Assembly (NCBI GenBank): GCA_040954595.2 | Contig: CM082597.2 | Coordinates: 7,582,243 to 7,646,242 of the forward strand | Direction of reading: 5' to 3' | Length of the DNA stretch: 64,000 nt | Source of the DNA: Balanoglossus misakiensis | Lineage: Eukaryota; Animalia; Hemichordata | Translations under genes and position numbers: made by a program | Notes under the pieces: model-generated | Told to the model about the DNA's origin: nothing | Seen by the model: only the letters and a program-made list of their open reading frames with translations | Database searches by the model: none | Shown here: piece by piece, positions 33,739 through 46,232 of the stretch | Numbering within the stretch: position 1 is the stretch's first letter | Layout of the letters: each line of letters starts with the position of its first letter

Positions 33739-34685
33739 TTATCAAATGAAACAAAACTATAGACTAGGACAACATTTTTTTCAATTAAGATTACTATATG
33801 TCGACACTTCAAGGTACCGTGACAAGTGGAATTCTTAGAATCAACAAATCAAGCTGTATACATATGGTTTCTGAGAATACGATTGTACATTTTGCTTTAC
33901 GTGTTTTAGTACGTAGTCCTTACTTGGAACTATTTTACAAGTTTATCTAAGATATAAATGGTTAGAGGTATTTAAATTCACAAGTTCCTCTAACACTAAT
34001 GACCACAACGCACGGTACCTAAGACAACACATTCTGATAAATGTGTCAAAGATATCAACAAGGCACCATCGTTGGAGTGAACAAACCTACCCGAATTAAC
34101 GACCGCGAGTTTGACAAGATGTCGGGCATCAATATTCAACACACACAAAACTGCAAGTGTCAAATGATGAAATCGGAACGTCTCAAAAGTGGTAAAAAGT
34201 CACAGACAAGCAAAACATTTAAAAGTATTAAAAACATCACCACACGGAAGTCCTAAAAATAATATGTCACGAGCTATTCATCGTCGGAATCGGTCAATGC
34301 ATTGCCTGGGACATCTGTATTGACAGCGGGCGCGGGCGTTTCGATGCTGGTGTTTCCGCTTCACATTGAAATAAAAAAAAGAATTTCATGTCCAGTCAAT
34401 GATAGTTCTTTATGTTCCCTTCTTTTACCAAAAGCTAAACCCGAATATTGGCGGTGTTGCCAGCAGCAAATTCTGCAGCGCCCCCACGCGACAGGAGTTA
34501 ACAAGCAATGCGTTTCTCAACAACTCGAGTATTTACGCCCAATACAACAGAGGGCGCAAATGTTTCAATGGGTTCAGCTTTTCGTTCAGCTGAGTCAACT
34601 GAGCGGTTTTCGATTGTATCGGCATTTTTGGCGTTTTGAAAGCCAAGTAACATGCAACACAAGAACTAACGGAGATGTAAGATGT

Positions 34686-34830
34686 ATAATAATAAGGTTA
34701 TTACGAAAATACCGCAAAGTATGCACTCGGACATTAGCGCACGCATCGCCCTCCGCTGCGCGTCGGGCGATACTTGGCGCTAATGTCCGAGTGCATACTT
34801 TGCGGTATTTTCGTAATAACCTCATATTAT
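34686..34830. repeat. ~140-bp hairpin palindrome (probably a Crypton-like non-autonomous element)
   Basis: AGGTTATTACGAAAATACCGCAAAGTATGCACTCGGACATTAGCGC and its exact reverse complement flank a GC-rich centre. Confidence 0.8.
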
Positions 34831-35079
34831 TGGTTGGACATGAAAGTGTGAGTTTAGACTGAGGTATAAAGTAAATAAAAAAAATCCACAATAACAGCGA
34901 CAGATTAAATATTTTTGAGAGACTTCTTTCACACATGTAAAACATTGAACTAGTTTTTTTTGTCCTATTGATTTGTACATGGTATCCTTTTGATGTACAC
35001 TTTTGTAGTTATGAAACCTTTTGCAATCATATTTTAATAAAAGAAAAAAAAGAATTTGTTTTTAATTTTTTTGTAAAAA

Positions 35080-35535
35080 AAATGATCTTTTTTGACCTCA
35101 AAAAGTGGCCAAAATGGCATTTTTGTATTGATTGAGGTCAAAAAGACTGCTTTATTTTTTAAAGTCACCACTTTTAATATAGAATTGACTTTCCATATAC
35201 ATTGTATCACCAGATAAATCATGAAGAAAACCGTGTGGTTTAATTTTTTCTAAAAATGACGTTTTTGGGGCAAACAAATGGTCAAAAAGGCAATTTTGTG
35301 TTGTTTTGGGTCAATCGGACTACTTTTTTCGTAATATTCACCAAATTTTACATAGAATAAGCATATCATATGTCATCAGATCTCAGAATGTGACGAAAAC
35401 AAAGTGTTTTAGTGTTTTCTAAAAATAACCTGTTTTGGGTTAAAAATTGCCAAAATGGCAATTTTTTCTTGAGTGGGGTCAATAAGACTGACTTTTTTGG
35501 AATCAGCACATTTGTTACATAGAATGGACTTCTCA
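35080..35535. repeat. Diverged ~175-bp tandem repeat (3 units)
   Basis: Recurrent tttttgg...aaaa.tggccaaaatggca.tttt...g.ggtcaa..agact.ctttt motif at ~35085, ~35260 and ~35430. Confidence 0.55.
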
Positions 35536-35685
35536 TACCTTCCTTACCCAAAATTCTGATTAACGGCGCCTATCTCCTAGCGTAGTAAGAACACCAAGTT
35601 CAACTACTATTACTAAAATCTAAATATAGTGTACAGTTCATGGGTCTATAAAAATTGTGACAGCGTTTTACTATTACATTTCAGG

Positions 35686-36490
35686 TAAAGCGGAGACCAT
35701 GTCAGACTGTTTGAAGGCTTTGTTTACCATCTATTTATTCTGCCACAAAATCAAGGTATTAAAGGCTGATGGTGTAGATTTTTCTAAAGCATCTTTATGT
35801 CCTTGAATCCCATACTGGAATTGTAGAACATGCAAGAGAGGACCACTGTCATGTGCTGGAGAGAATAGCTTCCTGTGTCCGTGCTGGTACGATACCCAAC
35901 ATTGATGTCAGAAAAATTGTTGAAGCACTCCAGGTGTGTAAATATATTTACATTCATTTTCTTTAATAAACATTGACAAACTCATGTAACTTGAATCTTG
36001 CACTTTGTGTCAGACCTTCCCTGTGATGCAATGCATGTCAAATGCAATGACCCATTTTGTTGTTTAAGGCATTTATCATATTTCCATTCAGTGGGATTGG
36101 CCATAAGCAGTAAATAAAACTTAAAAGGGAGAATTACTAATTTTGACATTTTCATGTGTTTCCTAACATTTTCAAAATCCTTTATGCAATGCAGTAACCG
36201 CACTTTGAATACAGAACAAACAAATAATACACTGGAACTGCACATTTTTGTTTAACTACTCAGAAATTAAATTGTGTGTTTATTTTGTGATAGGATTTAA
36301 ATACATGGGTATGAAGAAGAAGGCAGATTTGTCAAACTTGTCAGCAAATGGTACAAAGCAGCAGATGGCAGAGGGATTACTAAAGAAGAAAGGAGGAAGT
36401 TCAAAAAAGATATGTTGAACTCCATCTTGGTTGACTGGATGCCCTGGCATCATTACAATCCTGATTACAGTAATATTGATCCCCTTAGGT
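35686..36490 (+). pseudogene. Intron-containing P-superfamily-like transposase relic (two exons, ~35686-35933 and ~36294-36488)
   Basis: Translations ...GVDFSK/HLYV...EHAREDHCHVLERIASCVRAGTIPNIDVRKIVEALQ (D-x-x-H motif) and HGYEEEGRFVKLVSKWYKAADGRGITKEERRKFKKDMLNSILVDWMPWH, with AG/GT boundaries and frameshifts. Family assignment is by motif recall. Confidence 0.55.
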
Positions 36491-36643
36491 ATGTCAAAAA
36501 GCCAGCAAGTCAATAATGACCGTCTTTTATTCTGCAAATATCCTCTCTTTTCTAAACAGGTCTGATATTCTGTGCTGGTTTCATAGTCCTCGTTACCAAA
36601 CTGTTACTGGGTTGATATTTCAGAGAAGTGCTTTTGCTTGCAT

Positions 36644-37290
36644 AAGGGACCGTTCAGTTTTTACGGCTGGGGGGGGGGGGCAAGTTTGTGTCATCGGTTT
36701 TCAAAATCAGGCCGACCCCCCCTTCACCCAACACCAAAAATGATGACCCCACCTTTGACAGACCCAAAAATATGATGACCCCCCCACGCCGAAAACATTC
36801 GCCGTCCTGATCCTATGTACACTGTATCCAATAAAGGGAATGAGGCTCCTCACACCTCAATTATAAATTTCTTAAAAGTAATTGAAATATGTAATAGTAT
36901 ATCGTTGCAATAAAGAAATCTATGATCAAAATAAAATGACAAGTAAATACAATAGTTGGTAGAATTGGTAAAACAAGCAAAGTGGCGGGGGTGGGCTTGG
37001 GAGGATGTGTCCCCCTCCCACATAAGAAAATTTTGTAAAATACGGTGCTCAAAGATGCATTTTAATGAACTCAAAAGCAAATTAACTCAATGTTAGGCAG
37101 GACAAATTTTAATTTTGGCACTCCACTCAAAGTAAGCATGGGGGTGGGGTGGCAAGAAGTCTGCCCGGCCTGGTGCACTAGACAAACCAGCAAATAAATG
37201 ATATGTGGCGAATAATGGAGGGGGTGGGTGTGGGTAAGAAAATTTTGTAAAATAAAGGGCGTGAAACTGCAATTTTGTGGACTCAAAAGT
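36644..37290. mobile_element. MITE fragment (GGGACCGTTCAGTTTTTACGG terminus); related copy 51241-51650
   Basis: Same terminal sequence at 51241. The internal module is shared with 32933-33738. Confidence 0.6.
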
Positions 37291-38539
37291 AAAGTTTCAG
37301 AATGACCCATCATCACTCTAGCTTATGAACTCCTATTCCTTAAACATGGCAAAAATCGGCCATCTTGAAATTGTGTCGACCATGTGAGATTTTTATCACC
37401 CACCTAGGCAGCCAAAAAAACTATTTAAGGTCGGGAGAATTCCATGACCTGGGTGCATGTCCTTATTTAACAGAATCGCTCTGACCAAAGCAAAAACTTT
37501 CAGGTCATAATGTTTTCTATTTCAGATTATAATTTTTAGATATTGGTCTCTTCAAAAACACCCCTAGACATCTTAGATGTTGTACCTTGGTGTTTTTATG
37601 TTATATTGTAGTTGATGATCAATTTATTGTGTACTGTTATTTTTGAAAGAAAAATCAACATTCAGGATCAGTTGAAATGCCTGTTTAAATGCTTTGACAA
37701 TTTCTCCCTTTTTCTATTACATCCATATCCTGTCATGTGCTGACTCGACTGTATTATTTTAAATGTGGCAAAATACATGAATGAACTGTTAAAATAAACG
37801 GTTTTACCATATACTTTCCCCAGTTGATGGAAGCAAATATGTGTCACAATTTTAAACAGCATATTTTATAAATAAATGCCAGTACTAGTCAATGCTCTCT
37901 GGTCCATCATTGAGGCAGTAGTATCAAGCTGTCTCCTCCTGTCATGATAGTCTTTTTCCTGTCTCACTTTGATTTTCTTTTACAGTACAAAATTCCTTAT
38001 AAGTTTCTGTAACCCAAACTATAGAAGACTAATGGTTATTCTACACAGCGAACAAAATGGCAATTTATGCAAATTATCCAAGCTACTGTTAAATGTGTAC
38101 ATGGTGTGTAAATGGCAAGGTCTGGTTCACTGAGCTGTAGGTAACACACATGTAATGTTAGGCACCTCAACGAGCATTAATCATATAAAGTAAACTTCAC
38201 ACATTTTGTATTTTGTTCAAATCATTTAATTAGGCAAAACCAAAATAATATATACCTGTACAGTTATAAGTTAAATTGATCCAGTATTGGACCCAAAATG
38301 GGTACAAAATATATACACATAGTCGCATAATGATGACCCTCTTCTTGTCAAGTTGGCGGCATTGTAGGTGAGGGAAGGACACATTTTTCATGAGTAGAAC
38401 AAAATGTGTTCACAAACCATTCACACAAGGTCTACTTTGTTAATGGACTGGAAATTTCCTTGAATGTGCCAAAAGTAATTTGAAAATGCACCCTTTTAAA
38501 AAATTCCCAACTCCTCCAGAAGTGTTTTTGAATTGAGTC

Positions 38540-39325
38540 TTAGAGCACTTTTTTACTTTTCATGACAACAAATTCCTCCCACATGCTGTGTATTTTGGTT
38601 ATAGTTATCTTCACGTAAAACCCAACTAACATCCATGTTGTCCTAAACCTGATGTGATCAACAGATACTGAAAGTTTGCCTTCCGTTAAGGGTTTGTGAA
38701 CATATTTTGTTAATTCACTTGGTATAAAGCCAATATGTTGCCATCCATTGCCCACATCCAAGTCGACTGCAATTGCATTCTTGTCCAGTTTGTTTGTAAG
38801 ATCTGGCCATAAGCATGCTTTAACAGGAAGCTTCTGATCATAGAGTCTAATGTAGCCACGCTCAAGAATTTCCTGTCTTCTCCTGTCATGACATACCCCT
38901 AACACCTTGAATGGCACACTGTGTTCAATATTATTGGGATCATCTTCATCATCAATGTTATTAATTCTTCCTATACTAGCAGTGTCACTACTAACACTGG
39001 AAATAGACATTAACTCAAGAGAATCAGCTAGTGAATTTGTGTTGTCATTTACAATAGTCCACTTCCACAACATTAAAAAGGATCTACCATTGATATTAAC
39101 AAGACAACAATCACTCTTGGAACACTTTATCAGTGATGGCATGTTAAAAACATTGAGTCTTTCATCTGATAGTTTAATTACACCATGTGACATGTCAGCA
39201 AATGGAGAAGACTAGGGTGCGATGATCTTCACAGTACGTAAACTAAGTGTAATAACAGGACAGCATGGCAATGTCCAATCCAAAGCGTCTTCCAGTCCCG
39301 TTACTTTGATTTCAAGATTCACAGA
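38540..39325 (-). pseudogene. HIRAN-like domain exon (probable 3' terminal exon of the EXO1-like gene)
   Basis: VPFKVLGV...LWPDLTNKLDKNAIAV...QHIGFIPSELTKYV matches the HIRAN pattern 'F.V.G...L.(R/P)EP.N..D.NAI.V....IGY.P'. Acceptor at 39325 is in frame with the 38540-39193 ORF, with one internal TAG. Confidence 0.6.
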
Positions 39326-39722
39326 CTGAAAAAGAGTGTACAGAATACATGTTGTATTAAGGCTCCATTACATGTAACTTTGGGCTATTTAATTGTCCCT
39401 TTCTGTTCAGTATATCAACTGTAGTTTCTTGTTCAACACTCCACAATAGAAAGAAAGACAAAGTAGCTAGCAAATATGTGTGAAATTTACAAAGTCAAAA
39501 ACTTCCTGTATTAATTGTTCAATAGACAAAATATGGCTGACTCTATTACAAATGCATGTGAGGTATGACCATGAGGTATGACCAAGAAAACTTGCACGAG
39601 TAAGGTAACATCTAATGCAAGATGAGAGGTGGACTAGCATTCATCAAAGTGTTTACATGATTATACTGACTCATTTTTCAATGCTGAATAAAATATCCAA
39701 ATTATCTGACCTTTTATCTTAC

Positions 39723-42700
39723 CTCTGTAAATATGGATGAAGGGCTGTAGTTATTAATGACAGAAAAATCATTAACTGAATTATTCCCAACAGCAAGGCC
39801 AAGAGCGGTTTCTTTACTCAACATTCTGTAGAGCATGGTGTTAAGAACAAATATTTGGCAAATGATGATACAGTGTAGGTATTTGTGAATCACATATACA
39901 AACATTTCAATCACAGATCAAAGCAATTTTTAACATTGAAGTATGTTCAAGACCACTGGTTCAATTGTGATACAGAATATAATAAAAGAGTATTAATTTA
40001 TAGATATACAATTAAAGGATACCTTCCAATGTAAGGCATGTCTTTGTACTATGCACCTTCATCATAGGTGTTGAGGGGAACTATGTAGTGCGTGTCCAAA
40101 TCGAAGACCAAATGATGCCTGAAAATGTTCACTGCCTTTTGCAAATTCTGTACATAATCCTCGGGTACTTTTATTTGCATCTTTAGATATAGCCCCATCC
40201 TAGGAATAGCCTGAACAAAAGCATACATATTACCAATATGCAAATGAGTATAACATATACCTTAAAATGTTGTATTTCTTAAGAATCTCAATACAGACAT
40301 GTACTAAATTTAATATACTGATTTTAAACTGCATATACACTTGCAGGTGTCATCAGTACGACTGCTAGTGTAACATGATCAAGGATTCTGTCACATGAAT
40401 TTACAAATTATTGTGTAACACAATACAGTATAATATCATATTTACCTGGAAAATATCCTTATCTTTAATTTGTTTAACAAATTCCACTGATCTGTTAATT
40501 CCAACTCCAGGAATTGATGGAAGATAGTCGCACACTGCTAACACACTTATATAAATAAACTTAAGGAATGACTATTTCTCCATTTCAAAGCACTCCTGAA
40601 GTTTACTGGCATCAACCATGGGTGCTGTTCCAAACTTGCTATCTGTTTTGGTGAAAACCTGTAATCATATTTGGAAAAAAATATAACTCAGAAAATACTA
40701 GTACACCCATACAAAACTCACATGCTTATTAACCAGTTTATAAGCCATTGTTTAGCATGCTACATGCTTATTTGTGTGAAAATAAGCAGTTCTTAGCAGT
40801 TGCACCCTATACATGTCTATTTTCTAGAGTCTACATGCTTATATCTGAGATGATTAGACTTCAACTAGCATGTACGTGTTATGGGCCAAGCAGTCTACAT
40901 GCTAATGATGACTGGGGTGGTTAAAAATAACCATGTATGAAGCATGTACACCATTTAGCATGTGATTCTAACACTAGCTAAAGTTCACACACATGTATCT
41001 AGCACTGACTGAAGTCCACAAGCATGGAATTACGGGGCATGTACATAATTTAAGTAGTTGATCAATCCACGTGACATCTACTTCCGGGTCAAACAAAAAA
41101 TACAGTGTGCGCATGCGCAATCTCCAACCACCATATATAACAGTTTTCTGGTTTACAAGTTGGATTGTACGTCGCATACATCTTGGAGTACAATGTCGCA
41201 GCCCAGTAAGCTATTGTTTATCCTCCACTTGTACATTTGGAAGGGCGAGTTTACACTTTTATCGATGCTGCAGATTGGATGAATTGACTGTTCAAAATAG
41301 GTAAATGCAGCGCATTGCTTTAGCTAGACTTTGTTGTTAGCGCAGGACGTTCATGGACATGGTCAGTGTATATAGGTCAGTGTTACCATATTGGCCAACT
41401 GTGCTAAGAGTGTGAGTGTACGATCATTTAATTTAAATTTGCTGCAAATTTACGTGGACCTCGCAGCAATTGGTTAAATGCTATGTGGCTCGCTCCTGAC
41501 GGGGTTAACAGTCTGGCTGAACATATTTAGTGCATGACATTAAATTTTAGATTTTGAGTCGCTTTGTGTCCACACACACAAAGTTTAAGCATAGACCATG
41601 ACAAAATTGAATTCTGCGTGAAAGAATATAGCTTTTGTTTTGTCTCAACTTAATTGAAATTGAGAAAATAAAGCATCTCAAGTTGAATATTGAAGATCTT
41701 AATTGGTTTGTCTTGTTTTACATTTTTGAGGTAAGCCTTAATATTTTTTAAGTGAAAACTCATGCCAGAAGAAGTGCTGCGTGAAGTGTTATTGTTGTCA
41801 TTATTACTTCTGAACTTCGTGGGATAACCAAGCAATTTATAAATACATAACATAACAATGCACTGTAATATTTAGGCTGTATAATTTTGAATTTCGATTA
41901 TATATGCACGTACATGCATGGCAGTTATCAAGCATGTACATGTACATGCTAAGCATGTACATGTATTAAGCAAGATCAAGTATGTATATGCAAATATATT
42001 AGCATGTACATGATATTTTTCCAGCAATGTACAGGTGTATGATTAAGCATGTACATGAAAATTTTCTTAGCATGTACATGCTTATTGTACAATCTCATTT
42101 AAATAATTCGGCCTATATACATGTCACATGCTTGTAAAGTCCATAGATGATTGCAGAAAGCATGTACAGTCTTAACATACAAATTACCAGTCAAGTAACA
42201 TGTACAGGCTGATACCTGACCACTAAATACATGCTTAAAACAGGCATGCGAGTTTTGTAAGGGATGACATACATGTACTGTCTTTGTAAGCAAAATCAAA
42301 AAATGTTTAGACTAATGAAACTTACTTTAGCTGCTCCATAAACAATGACATTAGAGTCTTCTGTCATGACGCCATAAACTTTGCCACAAATAGGCCATCT
42401 GGGCATCTGCCTCATATGGTGCAACTATGTAGTCAATTTTATGTTCACCAAGACTCTATAAAAACAAATAAATGCGACATAAATACTCTGTGAAAATGTG
42501 TAGCAATACTGTGATTTTAACAATGATACACTTATTGTTGAAAGTTAGTCATTTATTTTTTATAAACAACTAGTTGTCAAAGCAATATGAAATATTTTTA
42601 CCTTGATTACTTTTTGTGCCATTGCTTCGGTGATTGTGGCACTGGCAAGAAAATGTCTCTGGGAGTCGCAGTAGTTTTTCTGCTCCCAATTTCTGTAATG

Positions 42701-43504
42701 AAAGTTCAGGTTGCCTGGGGAAAGCCTAGAAATCAGTTAGTGAATTGACATAAGACACCACACTTAAGAATTATATACAATAGCAGCACATCAGTGAAAT
42801 TGGACATTTTGATGCAAAAACGAATCTCTTTACCTTTTACCTTTGTTATTTCGATTTGCCTGGGGGGGATATGATTGTCCATCAAACACAACCAGTGGCT
42901 TGATTCGGAGGTTTTTAAAATTCAGAACCACCTTTAGGAAATATTTTATGTATCTAGTGTAACCAAAAAATGTTAAAAATAACATTGTACATAAAAAATA
43001 ATGACATAATAACAATCTACAAAATTACCAGACAGTGATTCTTGACATGAGGAAAACCCTCTGCAGTAACTCTGTCACTAGACAGTGATTAACATAACAA
43101 TGACAAAGTGTGGCTGATATTTGCACTCCAATAAACAACCAACATCTTTCTATACAATTTCTGTGTTGACCAAGACGTTCACACTTCAGTTATAATCTCC
43201 CAAACGGCGGTTTTCCACCGATGTTTGGGGGATTACTACCTACAACGTTTCTGCAGGCTTGGTTTGGCATGATTAACAATGGTCCTACATTATAAATTAA
43301 AAGCATTATTAATAAATTAAAAGCATCAAATCATAATGACAAATGTATAAACAAATAAAAATTTAATTCAATAAAGATATATTAAAAATATAATTGTACC
43401 TGTCTGTTGGCAAGTTCTGCTGCCAGTGTCTTTCCACTAAATTTCTGAAGCTGCACATGACCTGTTGCCGTATTTATTCGGCTGTATAGGTTCTTAATCC
43501 CCAT
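39723..43504 (-). pseudogene. EXO1: Exonuclease 1 (XPG/FEN1-family) nuclease-domain copy, 7 exons, degenerate
   Basis: Exons 43400-43504 (MGIKNLYSRI), 42834-42953 (RIKPLVVFDG), 42602-42692 (ITEAMAQKVIK), 42326-42455 (IVAPYEADAQMAYL/MTEDS), 40446-40658 (CDYLPSIPGVGI), 40023-40210 (MGLYLKMQIKVPEDY..LVFD), 39723-39825 (ALGLAVGN). Stops, deletions and frameshifts are present. This is an EXO1-like copy, not the intact host gene. Confidence 0.85.
40706..42263. mobile_element. EnSpm/CACTA-like non-autonomous element inside an EXO1-like intron
   Basis: TIR CCC(A/T)TACAAAACTC(A/G)CATGC at both ends, with dense subterminal AGCATGTAC/ACATGCT repeats in both arms. No clear TSD. Confidence 0.6.
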
Positions 43505-43564
43505 CGCGTATTTCGACCTATGTACACAAGTTATTATTATTAATATTATTACTACTCCTATAGG

Positions 43565-43800
43565 TGGTGTTGTGGTTGATTTGCAATGTGGAAGCCTCAG
43601 GCCAAGCAAGATGCCACAAGATATACTGGCAGTCATTTCTATGGAAAATGCATGATGCTTGAGTTGAAGCATCGACATAAATATCAGTGATGGCCTTGGG
43701 TCAATGCATTTGTGTGTACCATTGAAGTATGTCTGGTAATTCAGCCACCATTCTATGTCAAGTTGGAAGTCGCAGGAAAGAAGCACTTTGTGGGACGGAG
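43565..43800 (-). mobile_element. DIRS-like retrotransposon RT/RNase H fragment
   Basis: LSCDFQLDIEWWLNYQTYFNG resembles the 'DL.WW..F...NG' junction of DIRS pol. Confidence 0.5.
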
Positions 43801-44194
43801 ACGGAGATGTGAAGCAAGTTCTGGCTGGTGTTGTCAGGAAGTAAGACAGAGGTGTAGCTGTTGTTGGAGTTAGTGTTCATGCTTGTAGCATATGAGAATG
43901 GACTTACTTTTAAATGCGTTGTTACAGGTACACTGGCTTGTTCAGCTTCGGAGATTGTAAAAACAGTAGGTAGTTGAGCTTGCATCAGTTAGATACACGG
44001 CAGGCCTGGATACACACACCATAGACCCCAGAGACTCTTCGGTCTATGCACAGACATACACGGCAGGCATACAAGGGAAGCGCATATAACCGGAAGTGAA
44101 CGGGCCGATGTCTCGCAAGAGAATGAAAGCCTGAGGCTGATATGGTTACGATTCACCGCTAGAGGGCGTTTGCGTTGCAGACACCGCCTGCACG

Positions 44195-45196
44195 TACCCA
44201 TACTTCCAACAGAAGTCAATTTTCAAGAGTACTGCTGCCACACGATTGCATGATCTACCATATCTGTGCAATACAAAGCAAAGAGAGAGCATTTGTTAAA
44301 TATTAAACTACTTTGGTTGGGTAATTTGAGAACTTTTAGACAAATATGTGGCACAAAGAGAAATATTGAAACACATAAAATTATTTAGACTAATATTAAC
44401 AACAATAAATGGATAAAACTAAATTATTCTGCAGTTTTTATATTTGAGTTAGTATAAACTATTTATCAGAGTCATTTTATTTTTATTGATACTAGTAAGT
44501 ATAATTTAAAATTTCAAAATGTTGATATAGCTACATAGGTCAGTGAAAAATATAGTTTCTCCCATTAAAAAAATATGTCAAGGTACTTACCCAGCCACAC
44601 AAGTACAGTGTGAACTTTTTAATCACTCCAGTCTCTTTCTCAATAGCAACCCACAGTTCATGGGAACAATCTGCTTATCTTTGTGATTGTATAAATTTTG
44701 ATTTCAGGAAACACTATGGACTATCTTCAGAGATGTCATGGTAATAAACTTCAAAAAGAAACTGTGAGGAAAAACAATTGAATGCCTTGCCCTCTTTATA
44801 ATCATTCAACAGCCTTTTTGATAAACTGGTCTTGCTAATATCAAGCTCATGTTCCTGCAAGTATTTCTGGATATCAGTTATCATAGTTGGGGGCCATATA
44901 TGCATTCCTGCATTTTCATTTTGCCATCCAGACGTCAAGGTGGTGAATGGGTCTGGCAAAACACAGCCATCATAAATGACCAATGCCATTCTCTATTCTT
45001 TTTGGCGCACTTCCTCCTTCTGTATGGCTGTTGTGTTTATATATGCTGCTTACTAGTATACTAGTGCCACCAACTCTTCTTTTCTCCCAGAAACAGGCAG
45101 ATCTCTTTTCTGAAGGAATGCTTTGAGAGCTGGCACCTTCCATAATTTGAATGTGTCATACGATAGCTCAGCCTCATGAATACCCTGAGATGACAT
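44195..45196 (-). pseudogene. SAP + SWIM zinc-finger transposon accessory gene relic (ISL2EU/KolobokP-type nuclease N-half)
   Basis: MSSQ...WKVPALKAFLQKRDLPVSGRKEELVALVY (SAP), then LPDP...GW...WPP...DYKEGKAF, then WVAIEKETGVIKKVHCTCVAG|YGRSCNRVAAVL (SWIM; intron 44264-44590). Stops and frameshifts present. Confidence 0.7.
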
Positions 45197-45537
45197 TTTT
45201 CTACAAGAGATAAATTAAAAATATAGTTTTAGTCACACTGTCAACAATACCTGGTGTTCATATAGAATATAAAATGAAGAAGCGTTTTTTTTTCAAAATA
45301 GGTTAAAATCACTCATGATTTTCATGAAAATATTAAATCAAGCACTACCGATGTCATTACATTTAATGACATTTTTCTACAAGAGATAACATAAAAATAT
45401 AGTTTTAGTCACACTGTCAACAATACCTGGTGTTCATATAGAATATAAAATGAAGAAGCGTTTTTTTTCAAAATAGGTTAAAATCACTCATGATTTTCAT
45501 GAAAATATTAAATCAAGCACTACCGATGTCATTACAT
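45190..45537. repeat. Tandem duplication, 2 x ~175 bp
   Basis: atgacatttttctacaagagataa...actaccgatgtcattacat occurs twice, nearly identical. Confidence 0.9.
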
Positions 45538-45861
45538 ATAAAGTTTCCGGTAGATCAATAAACGAGACTTGACCATGAGGACCTCACGGTTTTGTAAGTA
45601 CTGTAAACAGTAGTCATGTACGTACTAGCATTTAAGGTATCACTCATCAAATAATTCCTTGCCATATTAATATCCTCGTCAACATAATTACATGTCTGCT
45701 ATCTACCACCACACAAACCGATTACGTGCCTAGCTTCACTATTCACAGCCGTACGTATCACTGTTTCCGATCAGGCCTAAAGAAATACGCGTCCGCAAAA
45801 AGTTATGAATGTCACCAAAAATTCGAGTGACAATGCGAGATTTGACTCAAAATGCCTTGAA

Positions 45862-46232
45862 TGGCACACTAAATTTGTCATTCAATGTAAAAACTCACCT
45901 CAAAAGTTCGTTTTCACTGTGATTCCCCCAAAAATCGCCTCAGCAACGTTTGTTTACATGTGTTGTCTGATCTGCTCTGATCTGCTACGCTGACCAGAAG
46001 TTTTACCTTTTAACCCTGTGACCTCGCGCAGAGCGTCATGGGTATCTGGAACTGGCGCACTAAATTTGTCATTCAATGTAAAAACTCACCTCAAAAGTTC
46101 GTTTTCACTGTGATTCCCCAAAAATTCGCCTCAGCAACGTCTATTTACAATGTGTTGTCTGCTACGCTGACCGAAAGTTTTTCCTTTTGACCCCGTGACC
46201 TCGCGCATAGCGTCATGGGTATCTGGAACTGG
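45862..46232. repeat. Tandem duplication, 2 x ~185 bp
   Basis: tggc.cactaaatttgtcattcaatg...gcgtcatgggtatctggaac occurs twice. Confidence 0.9.

Noticed and set aside
34302-34945. Overlapping 186-aa and 116-aa ORFs
   Set aside because: Their shared peptide comes from the 34686-34830 palindrome, and no domain is recognisable.
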